Source of the DNA: an uncultured bacterium
GTDB taxonomy: Bacteria > Babelota > Babeliae > Babelales > Vermiphilaceae
Direction: 5' to 3'
Length of the DNA: 64,000 nucleotides
Assembly (NCBI GenBank): GCA_963702025.1
Contig: OY969699.1
Coordinates: forward strand, 1,344,001-1,408,000
Shown: in pieces, positions 29,645 through 41,600 of the stretch
Layout of the letters: each line of letters begins with the position of its first letter
How positions within the stretch are numbered: position 1 is the stretch's first letter
The notes under the pieces: generated by a model
The model's database searches: none
What the model was told of the DNA's origin: nothing
The model's input: only the letters and a program-made list of their open reading frames with translations
Program-made: the position numbers and the translations under genes

Positions 29645-31225
29645 TTAAAAACTAATTGCGGTTTTGAGCCAGACACCATATTGATTCAGCGCACTGCGGC
29701 GATGAGCAAATTCATACTGACCGCCAACGCCGATCATCACCGGATATTCACAGCACAGGCAGCAATCATATGAAACTGCACCATAAACTGTGCTGGAAAG
29801 CGCTTTGGGGCTTGCTGCCGAATCTAAATTCAAATAAGAGCATTGTGTTGAGCAATATGTTGGACAACAGTTGCTCCCATCTCTTTGTGTGCCGATTTTA
29901 TTACTTGCTTTTGAGTTTTTCACCGAAACAAACGTTGCATCGCTTGCCGGTGCACCCGCTTGACCGCGAACCGCTTGGCAAATACGCGCGCAGCTTGCTG
30001 ACATGTTGCACGGCGGTAACCCTGCAGCAATATCAAAAATACCAACACCCAAATCTTGATCAGGTAAACATATTTTTTCCTTGGAGCGGTACCAGAAATC
30101 GTAACCAATTTCCGCATGGAAGTTGCAATGATTAAAACTGAGTGCTAACCAGACTTCAAAGAATGATCGGGGCTTTACTTGTACTTCTTTGGTAAAGAAA
30201 TTGATGCCCGGCAATGGATTTACCTGATTTGTTGTTACTGCTGCCGTGTTAGGCAACACTACTAATAAGTAACGTGAAAGATCACCGTTGAATAAATCGA
30301 TGGATCTGATTTCTTTTGCTTTGAAAAAGTAGGCATACCGCACATCAAGCATCATATCAAAACTGTTAGGACCACACTCATAGGCCACATAATCACCATT
30401 AAAGCCGGCCCCTACTCCTACCTGTCTACCGCCGACTATTGGTTCAAAAAGATATCTTGCTCTGTTTTTGTTACCCGTAGGCGCAAAGATTTGGCCATAG
30501 AATCCTGCATGCCCCCATTGATCTTTGTCAAAATCAAGTCCCACTTTTATATTTACATCATCAACGCCGGTCTTTTTGAGCCTATGCACCGACCATTTGC
30601 CATAGTTCCATGCCGGATTATTGAATGCTTCTATTTCATTGGTTATACCGTCAAATACTCCCGGTACTGCGGATGCTGTTTCAGTAATATGTAAATCATG
30701 ACGCACTTGCTGCACCGGCACAAATATGCTTGCCCACCAATTGTTATACCAACAGTTACCATCAAACCAGTAACTCAGATCCATAAACAGTTTAAATGCG
30801 CCGCCAATAACCGTTCTTTTTGGATCTATACATATTGTTGATTGATACGGTGTAGCGATCGGGGTTATCAGTTGCAACCATGGTGAGCTGACATCGGCAG
30901 TATTATTTTCTGCAACGGTGAGACAATTTTTACAGTCGGGCAAAAAATAGCTGGCCAACCGTTTATTTTTAGTTGATTTAAAATAATAAGGAGCCGTAAC
31001 TTCAAGGCTGATCCATGGCGGACACTCTGAATCACAGCAAGGCAAATGGTAATGGTAATAATTGTGTAATGCTAATTCAAGCACGGAGTTTTGCGACATC
31101 AATCGGGGCACAAAGGTGGTATGCGCCGATATATTACATGCAGTACTGCACATAGCCTGCACACCCACATTCACTATCATTGCAAGCAAGGCGAGCAAAA
31201 ACCGTATGGTAATTTTATTCATCAT
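29645..31225 (-). CDS. Cys-rich predicted outer-membrane beta-barrel protein
   Basis: Signal peptide (VQA|MC), alternating-hydrophobic strands, C-terminal YGVWLKTAISF (beta-signal-like terminal Phe), many Cys. Start moved to 31225 after an SD. Confidence 0.7.
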   Translation of the reverse strand: MMNKITIRFLLALLAMIVNVGVQAMCSTACNISAHTTFVPRLMSQNSVLELALHNYYHYHLPCCDSECPPWISLEVTAPYYFKSTKNKRLASYFLPDCKNCLTVAENNTADVSSPWLQLITPIATPYQSTICIDPKRTVIGGAFKLFMDLSYWFDGNCWYNNWWASIFVPVQQVRHDLHITETASAVPGVFDGITNEIEAFNNPAWNYGKWSVHRLKKTGVDDVNIKVGLDFDKDQWGHAGFYGQIFAPTGNKNRARYLFEPIVGGRQVGVGAGFNGDYVAYECGPNSFDMMLDVRYAYFFKAKEIRSIDLFNGDLSRYLLVVLPNTAAVTTNQVNPLPGINFFTKEVQVKPRSFFEVWLALSFNHCNFHAEIGYDFWYRSKEKICLPDQDLGVGIFDIAAGLPPCNMSASCARICQAVRGQAGAPASDATFVSVKNSKASNKIGTQRDGSNCCPTYCSTQCSYLNLDSAASPKALSSTVYGAVSYDCCLCCEYPVMIGVGGQYEFAHRRSALNQYGVWLKTAISF

Positions 31226-31300
31226 ACTATCCTCTTTATTTGGTGTTACATAATATTTTATACTTAACATATGACACATTAGAAAAACAAGTTATTTTTC

Positions 31301-31336
31301 AAAAAAAAGAGTCCGGCTTTTTAAAACCGGACTCTT
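31301..31336 (-). terminator. Rho-independent terminator
   Basis: AAGAGTCCGG...CCGGACTCTT stem followed by a poly-U run on the minus strand. Confidence 0.75.
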
Positions 31337-31351
31337 GGTTATACTTATTCT

Positions 31352-34300
31352 TTACGCGACTCCCGTTACTGCCGTTGCACCAAAACAACATGGCACCGAT
31401 ATGGTCACCGTTGCAATATTGCTTTGACAATAAACGTTACTCGAATCAACCGCTACAAATTGGAAGCTTGCTGTTCCTATAAAGTTGACGGCAGGCAAGA
31501 AGGTAAATTGGCCTGTTATCGAATTCAGTAATAATGTGCCGCCGATAACCGTGCCAACTTGAATGAATTGGTATGGCGGAACGCCACCACTCACTAATGA
31601 ATTCAAGTTACCGGTGACCGGTGTGTTAAAGCATGCACAGAACGAGCCGTCCATTGCTACCGGCGCACCCGTTGCGGTCATCATAATAGTAAAGGCACCG
31701 GTATTTGAGCACCCATTCACATCGGTAACCACAAAATCAAAAGTGCACGGTCCGGTGTATCCGGCCGGGCCGGTATACACAAAACTGCCATTCGGATTCA
31801 CCGTCACCGCGCCGCAGGTGATAGTTCCCACCTCGGTGAACGTGTACGGTGGTGTGCCACCCGAAACGAGGCTGTTCAGATTGCCAAATACTACATCCTG
31901 GCAGCTATCAACACCCGTGCTTTGCACCGTCGGCGAAGGCTTCACTTTAACGATAATCATCACTTTAGAGCTGCATCCAAGGCTATCGGAAACACCAATA
32001 GTAAGCGAAGCATTACCCACAAAACCGGCAGCCGGTGTAAAGGTGAAAGCACCCGTAGCCGTATCAAAGGCAGTTACTGTGCCATGTGCCGTACTCACAA
32101 CAAAGAATGTATATGGCGGTGTGCCACCGGTAGTGGTCACCGTACCACTCACCGGTACATTTTCACAGGTTGTTAACGGACTTAGGCTCGTAATAACCGG
32201 TGCAGCGTTAATAAGGAATGAAACTATGGCAGTATTACTCACGCACCCAAAGCTATCAGTAGCATCATAATCAAAACTTGCCGGACCGGTATAATTTGGC
32301 GTTGGGTTAAAGCTATAAATACCACTCGTATTTACGGTTACCGAGCCATTGACCGGATCAAATACAGAGAATGTATACGGCGGTGTACCAACACTCATTA
32401 ATGGATTTAAGTTACCGGTTGCTTTGGTATTTTCGCAGATATTTAATGGACCGGTATTCGCTGCCACCGGTGTTGGATGCACATTTACCGTGCCTGTTGC
32501 AATATTGCTCAAGCATGGGGTTGAATCTTCTGCCTGATAGCTAAAGATGCACGACCCAACAAAATCTAGATTCGGCACAAAAACAAAACTTCCATTCGGA
32601 TTCACCGTAACGGTGCCGCACGTAGGCGCCGCACCCGTAGCAAAAAACGTATATGGCGGAAAGCCTCCAAAAATAAGATTGGTTAACGTGCCGGTATACG
32701 TAGTATTTTCACAAATATTAAATGTTCCGGGCAACAGCGTTGGGCCATCTTCAAAGGTCACTTGTACCGTTGAAACTGCACTTTCACAGGATGGCGTACC
32801 TGAGTCCACCACTTGATATTGGAAACTGCATGAACCGACAAAATTCGGATCCGGTATAAAGGTAAATGTTCCATTAGGGTTAACACCTACAATACCACAC
32901 GTTGGCATCGGCCCTGTTTCAAAGAAATCGAGTGGCGGCACGCCACCGGTAACAAGTCCGGTTAAGGTATTTATAATGGGGAAATTTTCGCAACCGGTGA
33001 ATGCGCCATTACTTGATTGTGGCCCCGGATTAACACTCATCGAAATAAGACCCGTTGCGAAACAGTTATTCGAATCGTAGGCAGTATACACAAAACTGCC
33101 GCCAGTTACTCCCTTGGAAGGGGTAAAGGTATAAATACCACTTACAGGGTTAACAGTCACGGTACCATTTACGGGGCCCCCAACTGCAAAAGTATACGGT
33201 GGATTTCCGCCGCTCACGAGCGGATCCAATGCACCCGTCACCGGCACCCCACCGCAGGCAAGATTTGCGCCACTTGCCGCAGTCGGTGATGCATTAACGG
33301 TAACATTCTCGGTTCCCGCCGCGGTACAACCGTAAAATGATGTCACAATAAACCCGAAACTACCCGGACCAACCCCGGCCGGTGTAAAGGTAAATAATCC
33401 GCTTGGTTGAATCACCACCGTGCCGTTGACCACTGAACCGTTGCTGACAAAGGTGAATGGCCCCTGCCCGGAAACCAGTCCGTTAAGATTGCCATTAACC
33501 GGACTGCCGGCGCATGCTAAAATAGCACCGGTAGCTACCACCGGCAGCGGATTAACCGTAATGCTAATAGTCTCAATGGCACTTGGACAACTTAATGAGA
33601 TATCAATTACTTCATATTGGAAACTGTCGGGCCCCGAATAACCTGGATTTGGCACATAGGTAAAAGCCCCTGTTGTAGTATTAAGAGTGAGTGTGCCGTT
33701 TGCCGGTAATGTGACGACCATAAAATTGATATTTGGCCCAAATGGTGGTGATATAAGATAATTTTGTAAATTTCCCGTCAAGGTACCGTTGGTACAAACG
33801 CTCAAATTCGCGCCGGTTGCCACCGGTGCGGCTTCAAAATCTATATTAACCGTTGCGCCCGTTGCCCCCGTGCATCCACTGCCACCAACAACATACTGGA
33901 ACGATCCGATACCGGTGAAGAATTGTGAATACGGACTAAATGAGAAGGTACCATCTGCATTTACAATTACCGATCCCCCTGTTGTTCCACCGGTTTGCGC
34001 AAAGGTATAGGGCATCGCGCCACCGCTCACCAGTCCGGTCAAACTGCCGGTAAAGGTGGTGCCTTCACATCCGGTAAACATTCCCGTAGCGGTCACCGGC
34101 GGTGTGGATACAATAATAGTAATTGTTGCAGGAGCCACCGGCGGACAGCCATTTGCATCGGTTACCGAGTAATTAAAACTGGCCACCCCGGTAAAACCAC
34201 TTGTTGGTGTAAAGGTAAAATCACCAGTTGTCGGATCAAAAAACGTAACCATACCATTGACTTGTGAAAGAGGATCGTAGGAGAAGGTATAGGGAAGCAC

Positions 34301-35584
34301 GCCACCTGCCGCGGTAACCGTCCCGCTGACCGGCATATCCATACAAGTACCAATCGTTTGCGGGAAGACAATTGGCGCTAAATTAATTTTAACCGTTACC
34401 ATACCCACACCGGTACAATTTGGCGGTGTGTTATCCGTAGCTTCATACTCAAAAGTACATATACCAACACCGGTAGGCGCGGTGTAGGAATAGGTGCCAT
34501 CAGGATTTACGGTAACGCTACCGCATGTCGCAACGCCATACTCGCTAAACGTATAGCTGCCCGATCCACCGGTAACAAATGGCACCAAAGTACCCGTAAC
34601 ATTTGATCCGGCGCAACCGGCAATGGTGGCATTGGAAGCGACCGGATTCTGTACATAAGGTATTACCCAGATACCCGAGGGGCTTGCAGGACAAAATTGT
34701 GGTAAGCCGGGACCTGTTGCATTTACATTGTATTGAAATTCTGCATCTCCGGTAAATCCGGGAGTTGGCGTGAAAGTAAAAGTACCAAGCGTTGCATCAT
34801 CAACCATCACTATTCCACCCGTTGCATTGCCCATTGAATAATAATAGGGCCCGGTGGTACCAAGAACTCCACCCGCTATGAAAGAATTCACCGTGGTTCC
34901 TTCGCACGCCGTTGCGCCGGTACCATTGGTTACAATTGCGCGATTATTTACTAAAATAACGGGCTGAAAAAGCACGTCGCAAAGGCCGATGCTAACTCCT
35001 GTTGGCAACCAGGTTTGCAGTCCAGCTGCCGTAGCTAGAACATTATACGTATAAGTATAGGGAACACCTGGTAATATAACTCCTGTTCCCGCAGGAATAG
35101 TTAACTGACCCTGACCAGAACTCGCCGGTCCACCGCCACCACCTGTAGAACCACAATGCTGCATACCATCCGCCGCTAGATAGGTTCCCCCGGTTATTGG
35201 AGGGTTGGGACCTGTTTGTTCGAATATCGTACAAAACGGCGGATTTAGACAGAGACTTAACCCCGGACAGGTGGTGCCGGCAACGGTTGGATTTGGTGCA
35301 AAATCTTGAACAATTATACCGCCGTCACCATAGCTTTGGGTTACGGTGATGGTTAAAATAACTGTGAATGTATCACCCACACATACACATGATGGATAGC
35401 TTAAGGTATAGGTTGCAGCGCCAAAGGTATTTGATAAAGTGCAGGTATTACAATTAACCGTACATGTTGTTACCGCAGAAAAAGTCTTTTGCTGAACACC
35501 CACAAAGGAAAATAACATAAGCGCGAGACCGGCAGCGTGCCAAAAAGTTGATTTAAAAAATGTCCTTAGGTTTGTTTGCTTCAT
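31352..35584 (-). CDS. Large Cys/Thr/Gly-rich Ig-like repeat surface protein
   Basis: Signal peptide, Cys-rich DUF11-like head, about 13 Ig-like repeats with SprB/Big_9-like motifs, C-terminal PCC. Confidence 0.85.
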   Translation of the reverse strand: MKQTNLRTFFKSTFWHAAGLALMLFSFVGVQQKTFSAVTTCTVNCNTCTLSNTFGAATYTLSYPSCVCVGDTFTVILTITVTQSYGDGGIIVQDFAPNPTVAGTTCPGLSLCLNPPFCTIFEQTGPNPPITGGTYLAADGMQHCGSTGGGGGPASSGQGQLTIPAGTGVILPGVPYTYTYNVLATAAGLQTWLPTGVSIGLCDVLFQPVILVNNRAIVTNGTGATACEGTTVNSFIAGGVLGTTGPYYYSMGNATGGIVMVDDATLGTFTFTPTPGFTGDAEFQYNVNATGPGLPQFCPASPSGIWVIPYVQNPVASNATIAGCAGSNVTGTLVPFVTGGSGSYTFSEYGVATCGSVTVNPDGTYSYTAPTGVGICTFEYEATDNTPPNCTGVGMVTVKINLAPIVFPQTIGTCMDMPVSGTVTAAGGVLPYTFSYDPLSQVNGMVTFFDPTTGDFTFTPTSGFTGVASFNYSVTDANGCPPVAPATITIIVSTPPVTATGMFTGCEGTTFTGSLTGLVSGGAMPYTFAQTGGTTGGSVIVNADGTFSFSPYSQFFTGIGSFQYVVGGSGCTGATGATVNIDFEAAPVATGANLSVCTNGTLTGNLQNYLISPPFGPNINFMVVTLPANGTLTLNTTTGAFTYVPNPGYSGPDSFQYEVIDISLSCPSAIETISITVNPLPVVATGAILACAGSPVNGNLNGLVSGQGPFTFVSNGSVVNGTVVIQPSGLFTFTPAGVGPGSFGFIVTSFYGCTAAGTENVTVNASPTAASGANLACGGVPVTGALDPLVSGGNPPYTFAVGGPVNGTVTVNPVSGIYTFTPSKGVTGGSFVYTAYDSNNCFATGLISMSVNPGPQSSNGAFTGCENFPIINTLTGLVTGGVPPLDFFETGPMPTCGIVGVNPNGTFTFIPDPNFVGSCSFQYQVVDSGTPSCESAVSTVQVTFEDGPTLLPGTFNICENTTYTGTLTNLIFGGFPPYTFFATGAAPTCGTVTVNPNGSFVFVPNLDFVGSCIFSYQAEDSTPCLSNIATGTVNVHPTPVAANTGPLNICENTKATGNLNPLMSVGTPPYTFSVFDPVNGSVTVNTSGIYSFNPTPNYTGPASFDYDATDSFGCVSNTAIVSFLINAAPVITSLSPLTTCENVPVSGTVTTTGGTPPYTFFVVSTAHGTVTAFDTATGAFTFTPAAGFVGNASLTIGVSDSLGCSSKVMIIVKVKPSPTVQSTGVDSCQDVVFGNLNSLVSGGTPPYTFTEVGTITCGAVTVNPNGSFVYTGPAGYTGPCTFDFVVTDVNGCSNTGAFTIMMTATGAPVAMDGSFCACFNTPVTGNLNSLVSGGVPPYQFIQVGTVIGGTLLLNSITGQFTFLPAVNFIGTASFQFVAVDSSNVYCQSNIATVTISVPCCFGATAVTGVA

Positions 35585-35601
35585 ACGCGTTCCTTTTTTA
35601 A

Positions 35602-38600
35602 TTATTTCACATCAACAGATATACTCAGTTTACCCGGCAAACTCTGCGCTTTCTTTGCGTCAATAGCAACATAGTTAATCGCTGCTTCACCCACAAATTG
35701 CATGTCAGGGCCAAAGTGATAAATACCATCTTGAGAGATAGATATTTTAGAGCCATTCACTGAATTACCAACTTTTTCAAACGTATATGGTGGATTGCCT
35801 CCAGTTATCATTTCCAAGAGCGATCCAATTACTTCTGATCCTTTTGGAACTTTCAATTGCGTATCACTGACCTGCGGCCTTCCATGCACAGTCACCTGTA
35901 CTTGGCCAGTTTTACTCACCGACTTTTTCATATCCGTAACATTATAGTTGAATGCTGTTTTACCTACAAAATTAGTTGCTGGCATGAATTGATACGTTCC
36001 GCATGGGTTCATAAAGAGGGTTCCGTCTTTCGGTTCACCCATTTTTTGGAAACTATACGGCGGATAGCCTCCCAACACTGATGGTGTTAATGAGCCCACT
36101 AACATTTGCCCTTGAGAAATTTCTTGCTCTCCATTCATCACATGCGGCTTTTCATGAACCGTGATTACAAGAGCACCCTCGGCACTCTTTAATTTTCTTG
36201 CGTCTATCGCAATATACTTAGCTATCGTTGTGCCTACAAAATCTTTATGGGGGCTGAATTGATACGAACCATCAGGATTTATTGTGAGAGAACCTTCACC
36301 ACAATCACTTATCTTTTGGAATGTATAAGGCGGTTGACCCCCTTTAATTAACCCCTTTAATGACCCGGTTAATTGTTCACCCTGAGAAATACTCACTTCT
36401 TTATCATGTGCTCTCGGTTTCTCATTTACTGTTATAAATATTGTTCCCCGTTTGCTTCTTGATCCTTTAGAATCAATAGCAACATAATTACATTTTATTC
36501 TGCCGGCAAAATTTGAACTTGATTTACAATGGTACGAACCATCTTCATTTATCACAACAGGATTTTCTCTTGCATCATTCACTTTTTCAAAAACATATGG
36601 CGGAGTGCCACCGTCAACCATATCCTGCAAAGATCCTGATACTTCTTGCCCTTGGCAAACTTCATAGTTAACATTATTTGCACATGGACGTTCAATAACC
36701 GCTACTGAAACTTCGCCAATTTTGCTTGTTAGCTTTTTCATGTCGGTAACTTGGTAATCGAAATGGGCCATGCCCACAAAATTATCAGCCGGAACAAACT
36801 GATACGAGCCACAGGGGTCAATTGTCAAGGTACCATTTTTTGGTTCGCCTACTTTTTGGAAGTTATATGGTGGGTAACCGCCCATAACAAATGGAGTTAA
36901 TGAACCTACCAGTGCATTGCCCTGAGAAATTTCTTGCTCTAAAATCATCAAACGTGGTTTTTCAAGAACCGTTATTGCAACGGCACCCTCTGCACTCATT
37001 ATTTTTTTGGCATCCACCGCACTATACTTAAATTCTGTTGTGCCTACAAAATCCTCGTGCGGGGTAAATTCATATGAGCCATCGGTTTTAATTTCTAACG
37101 ATCCATTTTCCGGATCGCCAATTTTTTGGAACGTGAATGGTTGCTGACCCGCTTGTATCAACTTATTGAGCGACCCTGACAATTTTTCGCCTTGTGCAAC
37201 TATTAACTGTGCAGGAATTGTATGCAGCTTTTCGTGAACCGTGATTTCAAGAACCCCTTCCAAACTTTTTGCCTTCTTGGCATCAATAACCGCATATCGG
37301 CAAAAAGCTTTTCCGGTAAATTCCGGATTTGGAATAAAATGATATGTTCCGTCAGGGTTAATCACTAATGAACCATTCTCGGGATCGCCAGCTTTTTCGA
37401 ATATATATGGCTTATGACCACCATCGACTAAAGCAACTAATGATCCTGACAATTCTTGTCCTCGCATCATCTCAACTTTTTCGCTCGAGACACGCGGCTT
37501 TTCATGCACCACAACGGTTACTTGCGAAGCTTTGCTCACCGAATTTTTAATATCAGTTACGTTACAGTTGAATGTTGTTTTACCAGCAAAATTTTGGGCC
37601 GGTACAAATTGGTAGGTACCACATGGATTTATAATCAGGTTTCCATCTTTTGGTTCATCAGTCTTTTGGAAAATGTAAGGTGGGTTGCCTCCCATAACAA
37701 GTGGAGTTAAGGAACCCACCAGCGCTTGCCCTTGTGCAATTTCTTGCTCAAAATTAATTAAACTTGGCTTCTCATTGACAGTTATACAGATTTCCCCTTC
37801 CGCACTTTTATGTTTCTTTGCGTCAATTGCAACGTAGCGGCAAGTAATTGTACCAACAAAACTAGGATTGCATGAAAATCTATATGAACCATCTGCACTA
37901 ATAAAGAAACCATCTTTTCCGTCACCTTTTTTTTCAAAAGCATATGGAGGATTGCCTCCCGTAACAAACATGGCTAATGATCCGGCCAGATCTTTACCCT
38001 GAACAACTTCTAACTTGATGTCTTTAACGCGAGGGCATTCATAAACCGTTATAGTAATAGAGCCTTGCATGCTCTTTGATTTCTTGGCATCAATAACCAT
38101 ATAGCTACATTCTGCCGTACCCACAAAATCGGAATCCGGCATACATTGATATGAACCGTCTTCATGTATAATAAACGGGTATTCTTTTGAATCATTCACT
38201 TTCATAAAGGTATAGGGTGGGCATCCCCCTGCTGCTAATTTTTGCAATGAACCGGATAATTGCTGGCCCTTGCCGATATTTAACTCAAGATTCTTTATCT
38301 GCGGTCTTTCATGAACTGTAACATTCACCTGAGCATTTTTCGAGATAGATTTGGCAATATCAGTAATGTTATAGTTGAATTTCGTTTTGCCGGCAAAATG
38401 AGCGGCGGGTATAAATTGATAAAACCCACAAGGACTCATTATCAGACTTCCCTCTTTTGGCTCTTCTGCTTTTTCGAAGATATATGGCGGATTACCACCC
38501 ATAACAAACGGTGTTAATGAGCCCATAAGTGCATCACCTTGCAAAATTTCATGTTCTATACTGTTTGCCTGTGGTTTTTCATTAACCGTTATCCAAATAG

Positions 38601-41600
38601 TCGCCTTAAAGCTTTGTGTTTTTCGTGCGTCAACTACAACGTATTTGGCTTGCGTTGTGCCGATAAAATCTGCCCGTGGAATAAATTGATACGACCCATC
38701 GGGGTTGATGGTTAATGAACCATCAACAGAATCATCAACTTTTTGGAAATAATAGGGTGGCTGGCCCCCTTGTATAAACGCTTTTAATGATCCAGTTAAT
38801 TGTTCGCCCTGAGAAATAGTTAATTTCGCATTGCGCGCTCGTGGCTTTTCATTAACCGTTATAAAGAGCGTTCCCCATTTGCTTATTGATCCTTTAGAAT
38901 CGATAGCAACATAATTACATTTTATTCTACCGATAAAATCAAAATGTGGTTTACAATAATATGAACCATCCTCAAGTATCACAACAGGATTTTCTCTCGC
39001 ATCATTCACTTTTTCAAAAATATAAGGCGGATTGCCCCCGTCAACCAGATCCTGTAAAGATCCTGATACCTCTTGACCTTGGCAAACTTCAAATGCAACG
39101 TTATGTGCCCGTGGTCGTTCATTGACCGTTATTGAAACATGACCGGTTTTACTTAATGACTTTTTAATGTCAGTGACTTCATAAGTGAATTTAGTATCGC
39201 CAACAAAATCTTGCCCCGGCACAAATTGATAGGTACCACATGGATCAATTGTTAATGTCCCAACTTTTGGTTCACCCACCTTTTGGAAAATGTATGGCGG
39301 ATAGCCACCGGTCACCAGTGGGGTAAGCGAGCCCGTTAATGCATTTCCTTGAGCAATTTCTTGCTCACAAGAGATAATACGTGGTTTTTCATTAACCGTA
39401 ACTGCGACTCTACCGGCCACACTTTTTGTACCTTTTGCATCGATCACCAGATATTTAAATTCGGTTTCACCTACAAAATCATCATGCGGCACAAATTCAT
39501 ATGAACCGTCAGAATTTATAGTTAATGATCCATTTTCAATATCGTCTATTTTTTTGAATGTGTAGGGAGGATTACCACCACTTACTAATTTCTGTAATGA
39601 TCCGCATAATTTTTCTCCTTGAGCAACACCTTGCACAACTTTTGACGCACGCGGCTTTTCATTAACAGTAATAAAACACGTGCCGGAATTACTCTTGGTT
39701 CCATGAACATCTTTTACGCCGTATTTAAAGCTGAACTCTCCAAGGAAATCTTGCTGTGGTGTGCAAATAAATGTTCCATCGTCATTGATTAAAATGAGCG
39801 CGTTCTTATTGTTTTGATCGATTTCAAAGGTATAAGGAGCAATGCCGCCGGATAATGATTCACGCAGGGAACCTGCAATGATATCTCCTTGACCAATCGT
39901 AAAGGATAAATCAGAAACTTTCGGTTCTTCTTTAACAATTATTTCAAGCGTGCCGGTCATCTTCGATTGCTGAGAATCTACAATGCTCATAGGTACCTTT
40001 ACGATGCCAACAAAATTAGATGGGGGCATCAAAAGGCATGACCCATCTTGATTAATTTTTATATCACCATTTTCAACAGGCCCCGCAAGTTCAAAATGAT
40101 ATGGCGAACGATCTTGGGCAATCAAAGGCACTAAGCTACCTTCAAATGGCTTACCTTTTAGTGTCCAAAGATTTTCCGGAGCACAGCATGGCGTCTGATG
40201 AACGGTAATGGTTGCGGTGATTGGATCACTTATTCCTTTATGACTATCGGTAATAGTATACTGCATCCGAGCCTCGCCCTTAAATTGGTCTGCAGGCGTA
40301 AAAAGAAATGAACCATTTTTATTAAGCTCTATCTGGCCACCTTCTATGCCAATAAGATTAAATTCAAATGGCGGCTCTCCAATAATAGTAGTATTCTTCA
40401 AATCGGCATTTAGTGTTGTGGCGTACCCCGTTTCAAAATGAACACCATCAGACTCAGGACGGCGGTGAATTATGATTTCCATAGTACTTATGGTGCTGCA
40501 ATTGGTTACTTCATCAGTTACTTCAACAACCATTTTACCTTTACCATAAGGGATTAATGGCTTAAAGACAAATGAATTATCCGCATACACTATCACGTCA
40601 CCATGTTCGCACGATAATACTTTAACACGATAATTGCCCGAAGCACCCTGCGCTTGCAAATAACTGTATATCGGATCTAAGCCAACGGTTTGCCATACCT
40701 GATTCTTCAACTGTGGATGTTGATCAATATGAAGTACAATCGGAGCTGACTGCACATTAACATTACCATTTTTGTATGTCTCTACGGCCATTATTTGGCG
40801 ATAACCACTTTTAAGAGCAGGCAAGGTATAACTCCATTCACCATTTATCGCATTTGAAACCGTACCACCAACGTAATTACCGTCAACAAGAATGTGAACA
40901 AATGCCTTATTTTGAGCCATTCCCTTAAGCAAAATAGCGCTACCGTTAATAAAACGGCTGCTATCATCGGGACAAATTATCATTGGTGACTGCAATTGGC
41001 CCCCGCGGCAGGCATAACGAGCGAGTGCAAATGCCGGGCGTATATTTGCCAATGTTCTACCCGCTGCAATTATAGTACCATCCTGATGTATTCCCATGCC
41101 GAATATTTCGTCTTCCACACTATTATTAAACTTCGTTCGCACGGTGCCTACAACCGTATCGTTACTGTCGCTAAAAGAACTATCCAAGGCTCCGTTATCA
41201 TCATAGCGAGCAATAGCAAACATCGATTTATCATTTAGCATTGTGCTGCCACCTGCTACTATTTTTCCATCAGCCTGGAGCACAAGCGCGTTAACATGCC
41301 CACCATTCTCTTGTGATCCGAAACTGGTTATAACCGTACCGGGAATCGTTGCCAGCCCATTTCCCCCAAAACTTTGATCAAGTAAACCACATTGATCATA
41401 CCGTGCAAGCGCAAAGCGGCTTTTTCTAGCAAAATTATTACTATCGCTATAGCCACCAACTACAATTTTTCCATCCGGTTGTATAACCAAAGCATTGGCA
41501 CCACATTCTCTTTCTCCCGATCCAAATACTGTCAAAACAACCCCATGCACACGGGAATGAGCCACATCATACAATGAATTATCTAATTTTCCGTCCGGCA

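Noticed and set aside
31563..34267. Long plus-strand ORFs within the repeat genes (e.g. 31563-32270)
   Set aside because: Antisense shadows caused by Thr/Gly-rich codons such as ACCGGT; no independent protein features.
25645..35584. Abundant ACCGGT palindromes as regulatory or restriction sites
   Set aside because: Explained by Thr-Gly codon pairs in the encoded proteins.
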